Shown here piece after piece: positions 14,106 through 20,000 of a DNA stretch of 20,000 bases. Origin of the DNA: an uncultured virus (IMG/VR IMGVR_UViG_3300030104_003092) (Duplodnaviria; Heunggongvirae; Uroviricota; Caudoviricetes); the IMG/VR virus record IMGVR_UViG_3300030104_003092. One strand, 5' to 3'. The translations under genes and the position numbers were made by a program. Numbering within the stretch: the first letter of the stretch is position 1; the number at the start of each line of letters is the position of its first letter. The notes beneath the pieces were generated by a model, which did no database searches, was not told the origin of the DNA, and was given only the letters and a program-made list of their open reading frames with translations.

Positions 14106-16631
14106 ATGAAATCACCTCTTAAAAAATCTATAGGTGAAGTAGTTACCGATTACGGTGCAAAGGTGATGAAAGTATTTAAGGAAGGGCTACTAGGACGTAG
14201 CCTTTTCGATTTTTATGGGGACGTGAAAGCCCTAACTTTCAGAACTAAAGAAGTAACTACTGTACCAACAACTCCTCCTGACGGGAAGGGTGGTGTTATA
14301 TATACCAAGAATGCAGATGGTAAGCTTTACTACAAGAGTAACGAAATATCTGAGGTAGAACTTAGCTCTCAGGGTACTAACACAACATATTCCGTTTCTT
14401 GCGTGGATGGAGATAACTCTGATGAAGAGAAAATCAGACTAACTGGTAGTGACTCTTCAACAGATGATGTAGTGTTAGAGGCTGGTACAGGTTTATCTAT
14501 AGCTAGGGATAGCGATAAGATTACTTTTACAAATACTGTAACTGACACTAACACTCAAAACACAACAACCCTTTCTTTTGTAGACAGCTCTAACGATATT
14601 ATATTAAGAAATACAACTGGCGGTGCTGGGTCAGGAACAGATGATATAAAGTTTGTTGCAGGATCAAACGTAACCTTAACTCATACTGACGCTGATAATA
14701 TAACCATAGCATCAACAGATACAAATACACAGCTATCTACAGAAGAAGTTCAAGACATTGCAGGAGCATTAGTAGCAACAGGTGGTACTAAAACAGGTAT
14801 TACAGTTACATACGATGACGCTAATAATAATATGGACTTCGTTGTAGATGATCTTCATAATGTTGGCGTAGATGGATCCGCTAATCAACTTATAACTGAT
14901 GATGGTGATGGTACGGTTACTTCAGAGTCTAACTTTACCTATGATGGCACAGATATGGCTGTGACTGGTGATACTTTTACTTTTACATCAGCTAATGCTA
15001 ATGATCCTTATTTTATAATACAAACTACTTCTGATGACGACAACGCACCAAGGTTAAAACTATACAATAATAGACCTTCTGATGGTGGAGATGATGGCTC
15101 TTGTGGAACTATAGAGTTTTCTGGTAAAGACGATGGAACTCCAACTGAAAATATATACGGTAAAATTGAAGTTACATCTAATACTACTTCTGCTGGAGCA
15201 GAAATTGGTGCTATGGATTTTTATTTAAGTAATGGATCTGGCAGTTATCGACAAGTCCTTTCAATGCAAGGTGATGGCGATCTAGATGTGTCTGGGAATC
15301 TACAAATTAGTGGCGATCTTAAAGTTAGTGGAAATGATATTAAAGATAATGATGGTACAACATGTATAACTTTTGACAGTAGTGGTAATACTACTGTTAG
15401 TAACGATTTAACTGTTGGTGGTGTAGCTGGTGATGCTACTTTAATAATATCTGCAGACACAGACAACTCTACTGAGACAGATAATGCTAGACTTTGGTTT
15501 AAACAGGATGGAGATATTACTGAAGGTGCTATACAAATGTCTAGTAATGTTCTTAATATTATAAACAATATATCTACTGCTGGTGGTATAAGCTTTCAAA
15601 CAGGTACAACTAACAATACAGGGACAACAGATCCAGCTACTGGAGCTACAGAAAGATTAGCTATATCTTCTGCAGGTGTTGTTAGCGCATCTGGTGATTT
15701 AACAGTTGGTGGCGACTTAACTGTATCAGGAAATATTATAAACTCAGGAGTGTCAGCTATTTTTAAATCTATTGACACAACGCAGAATTACGTGGTTGAA
15801 TTAAAAGGGGAAGGTGGTCCTAAAGTTAATTGGGGAGATACTGATAGCTCTACAGATGCTTTTATGACTATGGGAGCTTTCTCCAATATAAATCAAATAG
15901 ATACAGCCGCTAGGGATTTTCACTTATATGGTACCAATACAACTACAGGTTTTTATTTTGATGAATCAGAGGGAAAGTTTGGAATAGGAACAGATGCTCC
16001 ATCAGAAAAACTTTCAGTAAATGGTAATATGACAGTAAGTGGCGACTTAACTGTATCAGGTAACGATATAAAAGATTCAGGTGGTACTACAGCATTTACA
16101 TTTAGTGGGAGTGGTGGTGTAACTGTTCCTTCAGGAAATTTAGAGGTAGGTAATCACGTAACTATTCAAAAAACATTAACTGTTGGTGGTTCAGGAACAA
16201 CTCCTGCGGTAACAATGGGTACTGCTAAAATAACTTTAAGCACTGCAGATTGTAATACTTTACATAGTACACCAGTGCAATTAAAGAGTGCTGCTGGAGC
16301 TAACACAGTTATATTACCAACAGGTGGTGTGATAAGAATTGATAGAGCTGCTACACAAACCAATTCTGCAGCAGATTTGAATTTTCATTATGCAGATCAA
16401 GAACCAGGTGCATACACCGATTCATCACTTTATCACATAAGAAGATTTATGTATAATGAAACTGGGGATAGAGTGTATATGATTGCTCCTTTAACTGGTT
16501 TCCAATCATCTCAAAATTTAACTGATGATGTAAATAAAGCTTTAGAAGTTTCTGTTGATTCAGCACTTACAACTAATTGTTTTACTAGTGTAACAATTTT
16601 TTTAACTTATAACATAATTGATATTTCATAA
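14106..16631 (+). CDS. Modular tail fibre-like virion protein
   Basis: 841 aa, rich in T/G/D/S. Fibre motifs L.AGTGLSI, TDTNTQLSTEEVQDI.G, repeated GDL(T/K)V(S/G)G, ATERLAISSAG and FGIGTDAPSEKLSVNG. Confidence 0.75.
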   Translation: MKSPLKKSIGEVVTDYGAKVMKVFKEGLLGRSLFDFYGDVKALTFRTKEVTTVPTTPPDGKGGVIYTKNADGKLYYKSNEISEVELSSQGTNTTYSVSCVDGDNSDEEKIRLTGSDSSTDDVVLEAGTGLSIARDSDKITFTNTVTDTNTQNTTTLSFVDSSNDIILRNTTGGAGSGTDDIKFVAGSNVTLTHTDADNITIASTDTNTQLSTEEVQDIAGALVATGGTKTGITVTYDDANNNMDFVVDDLHNVGVDGSANQLITDDGDGTVTSESNFTYDGTDMAVTGDTFTFTSANANDPYFIIQTTSDDDNAPRLKLYNNRPSDGGDDGSCGTIEFSGKDDGTPTENIYGKIEVTSNTTSAGAEIGAMDFYLSNGSGSYRQVLSMQGDGDLDVSGNLQISGDLKVSGNDIKDNDGTTCITFDSSGNTTVSNDLTVGGVAGDATLIISADTDNSTETDNARLWFKQDGDITEGAIQMSSNVLNIINNISTAGGISFQTGTTNNTGTTDPATGATERLAISSAGVVSASGDLTVGGDLTVSGNIINSGVSAIFKSIDTTQNYVVELKGEGGPKVNWGDTDSSTDAFMTMGAFSNINQIDTAARDFHLYGTNTTTGFYFDESEGKFGIGTDAPSEKLSVNGNMTVSGDLTVSGNDIKDSGGTTAFTFSGSGGVTVPSGNLEVGNHVTIQKTLTVGGSGTTPAVTMGTAKITLSTADCNTLHSTPVQLKSAAGANTVILPTGGVIRIDRAATQTNSAADLNFHYADQEPGAYTDSSLYHIRRFMYNETGDRVYMIAPLTGFQSSQNLTDDVNKALEVSVDSALTTNCFTSVTIFLTYNIIDIS
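15709..16060 (+). repeat. 22-bp exact direct repeat pair, 330 bp apart
   Basis: gtggcgacttaactgtatcagg at 15709-15730 and 16039-16060. Confidence 0.9.
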
Positions 16632-16633
16632 TT

Positions 16634-17386
16634 ATGGCATTAGCAAATAAAAAATATACAAGATTCTATTCTACATCAGGAACTGATGCTGATAAGGTAG
16701 CCGATTCTAAATTATTAGAGGTTAAAGATCTTTGGGATAAAGATGTAGCTAATGGTGGTAATTTAAACTTATTAAATGATCCTATTCTTGGTCCTGTTAT
16801 TTATCAAATGCAACAAGTTCAAGATGACTTAGATTTAGTTAGAGATCATATTGTAAATGATATTGTAGGACAACAAGGACCTCAAGGTGCTACAGGACCA
16901 CAAGGACCTGCAGGTAGTAATGGTTCTAACGGAAGTAATGGTGCGGCAGGGGCAGATGGAGCTGCTGGTGCTGACGGTGTAGCAGGAGGAGTATATGACA
17001 ATGATTTAAAAATACTACCAACTGAGTTTGTAAGTAATGATGATGGTAAATCATTAAACTTTGCTGTTATAGAAGATGATGCTAAAAGCACATTTGGTGT
17101 TCGTGTAAGCGATGCTGCTTGTGAATTGTACGCTATGGTGCCTGTACCAAAAGGAAAAAGTGTTAGTAAATTTCAAGTGTATGCAAGCTCTACTTTAAGC
17201 ACAACTATAGACGAGGTAAACTACACAACAGGTAGAGCAACAGGAATAGCAGTTGGAAATACTAACACAACAATAAGTCTTGGTAAAACTGCAGTTGCAT
17301 CTACATCTACAAACTATTTTGTAATAAGAGTGATAACAACAGCAACAACAGATTTAATTTATGGAGCCAGACTGATATTAACATAA
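16634..17386 (+). CDS. Collagen-like repeat virion protein (short fibre/decoration)
   Basis: Short coiled coil, then 13 consecutive Gly-X-Y triplets (GQQGPQGATGPQ...GADGVA), then a beta-rich C-terminal domain. Confidence 0.75.
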   Translation: MALANKKYTRFYSTSGTDADKVADSKLLEVKDLWDKDVANGGNLNLLNDPILGPVIYQMQQVQDDLDLVRDHIVNDIVGQQGPQGATGPQGPAGSNGSNGSNGAAGADGAAGADGVAGGVYDNDLKILPTEFVSNDDGKSLNFAVIEDDAKSTFGVRVSDAACELYAMVPVPKGKSVSKFQVYASSTLSTTIDEVNYTTGRATGIAVGNTNTTISLGKTAVASTSTNYFVIRVITTATTDLIYGARLILT

Positions 17387-17392
17387 TTTTTA

Positions 17393-17400
17393 TATATTTG
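17393..17400 (+). promoter_or_regulatory. Bacteroidota -7 element (TATATTTG)
   Basis: TAnnTTTG match in the 37-bp intergenic gap, 23 nt upstream of the ATG at 17424. Confidence 0.6.
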
Positions 17401-17423
17401 CAGAACACTTAATTTAAAATAAA

Positions 17424-17822
17424 ATGGCAACAGTAACAAAAAAAATAACCATAACAAGTACGGACTTATTGTCTCAGTCTTTAAACCTATCTGTAAGTAA
17501 ATCTGTAACTGCAAGTGCAACTACAGGTTTAGCTCGTCAAGCAATAACATCTACAGCTAAAGGAACAGCATCTGGTCAAGTTACTTTATATACTTCAGGA
17601 GAGTTTACCTCCCCTAACTATTTGTTTATAAAGAATACAGATACGACAGAGACAGATTATATTTCTGTGTATGCTGACACGTCTTCTGACGATCCAGATT
17701 TATTGTATATTCCTGGAGGAGGGTTTGCTATACTACCACTTACAGGTGGGGTAACCCTTAAGGCTTACGCTACAACTACTGGTACTATTGTAGAGTTTAT
17801 GGTATTTGGTACAGAGGCTTAA
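17424..17822 (+). CDS. Small beta-rich protein, probable virion accessory
   Basis: 132 aa, T/S-rich, with a YLFIKNTD...IPGGGFAILP...VEFMVF pattern. It has its own promoter candidate. Confidence 0.6.
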   Translation: MATVTKKITITSTDLLSQSLNLSVSKSVTASATTGLARQAITSTAKGTASGQVTLYTSGEFTSPNYLFIKNTDTTETDYISVYADTSSDDPDLLYIPGGGFAILPLTGGVTLKAYATTTGTIVEFMVFGTEA

Positions 17823-18202
17823 GACTTATTAGAAGAATACTTCTTTTGATTATCACTCTTCAACTTCTTGCAATCATCACATCGACAACCTTTTCTATAA
17901 GCTGTCAATGATGGGCAAGGTTTACCCTGTCTATTCCTAGCAGCACTGTAGTTGCAACTCTTGTGAGAGAAAGCAATATTATTAATATCAAAAAATAAAC
18001 CCTTTGGATCTTCTGAGTGAAGCCAAGGGGTTTTGTGTTCTATAGTAAAGTTATCTGGGTCTTTTATTTCTGTGGCACACTGATAGCACCAATTCATATC
18101 TAACTCTTTAGCAAACTCAAATAGAAGGGTTTTCTTGAGTCTATTGGCAGCAGTGCCAGGATCCATACCTAACTGCCTAGTCTTCTCTTTCTTGATCCCC
18201 AT
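17819..18202 (-). CDS. HNH endonuclease with C-terminal Cys cluster
   Basis: CYQC...TIEHKTPW...NIAFSHKSCN (HNH with Zn ligands), plus C...Y.KGCRCDDC. Likely start ATG 18202 (the track gives GTG 18217). Its stop overlaps the convergent gene in TTAA. Confidence 0.85.
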   Translation of the reverse strand: MGIKKEKTRQLGMDPGTAANRLKKTLLFEFAKELDMNWCYQCATEIKDPDNFTIEHKTPWLHSEDPKGLFFDINNIAFSHKSCNYSAARNRQGKPCPSLTAYRKGCRCDDCKKLKSDNQKKYSSNKS

Positions 18203-18311
18203 CGTTAGTTGATACACTGATTACATTACCAATAGGATCTTGACAGACTACAACACATAAGTCGTCAACCCAAAAAACACTATAGATTATATTTAATGCT
18301 CCTCCGTACAT
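18177..18311 (-). CDS. Small hypothetical protein (44 aa)
   Basis: My translation is MYGGALNIIYSVFWVDDLCVVVCQDPIGNVISVSTNDGDQERED. It has an A-rich leader and overlaps the HNH start. Below the track cut-off. Confidence 0.5.
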   Translation of the reverse strand: MYGGALNIIYSVFWVDDLCVVVCQDPIGNVISVSTNDGDQERED

Positions 18312-18571
18312 TATTTTTTTTTGCAAGGTATAAAATTTTTTTGAGATGTAAAAAGGTTGGGGGTTGTATACTATGGCGGACTGCGTTCAGCTGCAGCCGA
18401 AACCGAATCCTCGTTGGGGGGTGGTCGACCGAATCGCAGTACATAGAATTGTAATGTCGTTTCTAGTTTCACTTCAGATAATCCTATACTACTTCTTATC
18501 TAAGCTAAAAAGAACAGTATCCGAATGGTCCCTGTTCCCTGTTAAACTATCCATCAGGTATATTCCAGAGA

Positions 18572-18613
18572 CAGCTGATCAGATGCACCTTAATGCTGAG
18601 TAAGGTACACGTG
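18572..18613. repeat. 42-bp dispersed repeat, copy 1
   Basis: CAGCTGATCAGATGCACCTTAATGCTGAGTAAGGTACACGTG. Ungapped, 33/42 identical to 19935-19976. Confidence 0.85.
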
Positions 18614-18787
18614 CTTTCGTTGTGATGGGATGAGAGGGGAGGCATAACTCCCCCCATAAACTAACCAAACCACAAACCATACAATTTACTCTACCACATT
18701 GCTACAGGTTAACCTACAATTTAAGGCTGTTTTCTTGCCCTCTGCTTGACGATATTATCATAGCTATGTTACGATACTATAGGGCAT

Positions 18788-18816
18788 AAAAAAAGGGAGC
18801 ATTTAGCCCCCCTTTT
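18788..18816 (-). terminator. Intrinsic terminator
   Basis: The minus strand reads GGGGGGC-UAAAU-GCUCCC followed by U7, downstream of the 18898-19852 genes. It may be bidirectional (T4 on the plus strand). Confidence 0.8.
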
Positions 18817-18897
18817 AATCGGTTTGAATTGGTTAGTATCTACTGCTTATCATCTCGTAAATGGTTAGGATGATTAGCACACCAACAACAAGATGAA

Positions 18898-19482
18898 CTA
18901 TGAACATAACTCACCCTCCTCTTGACTATCAAAAGAATCTGCTAATACATCATCAGATACATCTATAAAAGCCACATCCTGTGACGATGGGCATACCTTA
19001 TCAATGATTGTATCTATAAGACTCTCTAAAGCATCATCATCAAAGTCTGCATCAAAGTTAATATCCTCTGCTACACTATTCCAATTGACATGGTCTGTGC
19101 ATACATCGTAGTCATCAAGGTAAATTTCACATTGATTCTGAATCTCGAATACTTGGTCAAGTATTTGAACATCATCCTCTGCATTGCTTGTAAATGAATC
19201 ACTAATACTACCTGCATCAATATCAAACTTGAGTAATTCTCTTGGTACTAAATAGCTGAATCTATCTCTTAGAATCTGTCTAAGGTCATCAGCATTAACA
19301 CCACCTTTATTGATGTTGGTTTCGATGTCTAATACCTTAGCGTTAAGGTCTTCTAACTGCTCAGTCATAGACTTAACTTCATTGTACAGGTTAGCCAATG
19401 GCTCTAACTGATTTTCGAAGGCTTTAGCCTTGCTTACTAATCGGTGAATGTCTGAGATAATCTCTCTTGAAAAATTGTTCAT
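18898..19482 (-). CDS. Coiled-coil protein with highly acidic C-terminal domain
   Basis: 194 aa. Heptad pattern in roughly residues 8-58. Residues 86-194 contain about 32 D/E and one K by hand count. Confidence 0.75.
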   Translation of the reverse strand: MNNFSREIISDIHRLVSKAKAFENQLEPLANLYNEVKSMTEQLEDLNAKVLDIETNINKGGVNADDLRQILRDRFSYLVPRELLKFDIDAGSISDSFTSNAEDDVQILDQVFEIQNQCEIYLDDYDVCTDHVNWNSVAEDINFDADFDDDALESLIDTIIDKVCPSSQDVAFIDVSDDVLADSFDSQEEGELCS

Positions 19483-19484
19483 AA

Positions 19485-19688
19485 TTACTTGGTTTTTGGG
19501 TTAGAATAAAGAGCCAATACATTTACATATAAGCCCATGAAATTGATTAGATAAATGAATAACCTAATTGATTGGTTATTCGTGAACATTGTAACATAGC
19601 GTTGGTCACTCATCATCATGACATCCAACACCATAATCGTAGCTAACAGAATTAGCGATACGATACTGAAGGAATTTAACTTCTTCAT
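19485..19688 (-). CDS. Small two-TM membrane protein
   Basis: 67 aa with two hydrophobic segments, tightly coupled to its neighbours. Confidence 0.65.
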   Translation of the reverse strand: MKKLNSFSIVSLILLATIMVLDVMMMSDQRYVTMFTNNQSIRLFIYLINFMGLYVNVLALYSNPKTK

Positions 19689-19852
19689 ATCTGATTAGTT
19701 TTAAGTACACTGATTAATGTTTCTATAGCCTTGCATTTATTGTTATGATTAAATGCATTTACAATGACTTCATCTTTTGTATAATTAAGATAAAGCTTCA
19801 TGCCATCTATAGCTAAATCTATCTCTTGTTTAGTTAGTGTAATCTCCTTCAT
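19685..19852 (-). CDS. Small hypothetical protein (55 aa)
   Basis: My translation is MKEITLTKQEIDLAIDGMKLYLNYTKDEVIVNAFNHNNKCKAIETLISVLKTNQI. ATGA overlap with the next gene and an A/C-rich leader. Confidence 0.7.
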   Translation of the reverse strand: MKEITLTKQEIDLAIDGMKLYLNYTKDEVIVNAFNHNNKCKAIETLISVLKTNQI

Positions 19853-19884
19853 AATTGATTTGGTTTAATTGGTTAATAATGGTA

Positions 19885-19914
19885 TAAAGATAATCAAATA
19901 ATCGTTACATCCAA
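19885..19914 (-). promoter_or_regulatory. Putative Bacteroidota-type promoter
   Basis: The minus strand reads TTG-N19-TATCTTTA (one mismatch to TAnnTTTG), about 33 nt upstream of the ATG at 19852. Confidence 0.5.
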
Positions 19915-19934
19915 TTGCCATACGAATTTACCCT

Positions 19935-19976
19935 CAGCTGATCAGATACATATTAGTGCTGACGAATGCATACGTG
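19935..19976. repeat. 42-bp dispersed repeat, copy 2
   Basis: CAGCTGATCAGATACATATTAGTGCTGACGAATGCATACGTG. Confidence 0.85.
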
Positions 19977-19979
19977 TGC

Positions 19980-20000
19980 AAAAAAAAAGAGGAGCATTTC
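19980..20000 (-). terminator. Probable intrinsic terminator (truncated by the window edge)
   Basis: A9-GAGGAGCATTT parallels A7-GGGAGCATTT at 18788. The other stem arm lies outside the window. Confidence 0.5.

Noticed and set aside
12030..17091. Antisense ORFs 12030-12305, 13691-13888, 14369-14554, 15245-15568, 15596-15778, 16166-16363 and 16882-17091
   Set aside because: Antisense shadows produced by codon bias and repeats in the real genes.
18323..18332. Minus-strand promoter TATACCTTGC upstream of the 44-aa ORF/HNH
   Set aside because: The position is plausible but it does not match TAnnTTTG in register, so it is too weak to list as a feature.
18364..18603. 79-aa plus-strand ORF
   Set aside because: Non-ATG start in the track, no typical leader, no motif, and it spans the repeat-rich cis region. 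Not fully excluded.
18572..18622. Hammerhead ribozyme (CUGAU.. and CGAAA on the minus strand)
   Set aside because: The core reads CUGAUCA rather than CUGANGA, stem III cannot be formed, and copy 2 lacks GAAA.
1..20000. Stop-codon reassignment, introns/inteins in terL, tRNA genes, integrase or DGR
   Set aside because: Genes tile densely under the standard code with TAA, TAG and TGA all used as stops. TerL is uninterrupted with no intein motifs. I saw no cloverleaf, recombinase, reverse transcriptase or adenine-specific TR/VR pair.

Overview
An AT-rich fragment of a tailed dsDNA phage genome, most likely infecting a Bacteroidota (Flavobacteriia-like) host. The host call rests on TAnnTTTG promoter motifs, A/T-rich leaders without Shine-Dalgarno sequences, and a type IX secretion C-terminal signal. 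Bases 1-12322 are one minus-strand block. In transcription order it encodes a virion-type protein, a small membrane protein, three very basic small proteins, a four-gene envelope cassette (Cys-rich T9SS cargo, beta-barrel-like protein, TM/coiled-coil protein, CxxC-less thioredoxin fold), M15 endolysin, holin, a fibre-like protein, a hypothetical protein, a tandem GroES-like protein, a candidate TerS, TerL and the 5' part of the portal. Bases 12421-17822 are a divergent plus-strand block: winged-helix protein, Lys-rich repeat protein, fibre-like protein, collagen-containing protein and a small beta-rich protein. After these come an HNH nuclease, a ~580-bp non-coding region rich in dyads and repeats (possible packaging site or genome end), and small minus-strand early-type genes. 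The most interesting items are the phage-borne T9SS cargo/outer-membrane cassette coupled to the lysis genes, a shared [AMY]xxG[GA] motif across the basic proteins, and a duplicated 42-bp element with compensatory changes. All family assignments are from motif recognition by eye; no searches were run.
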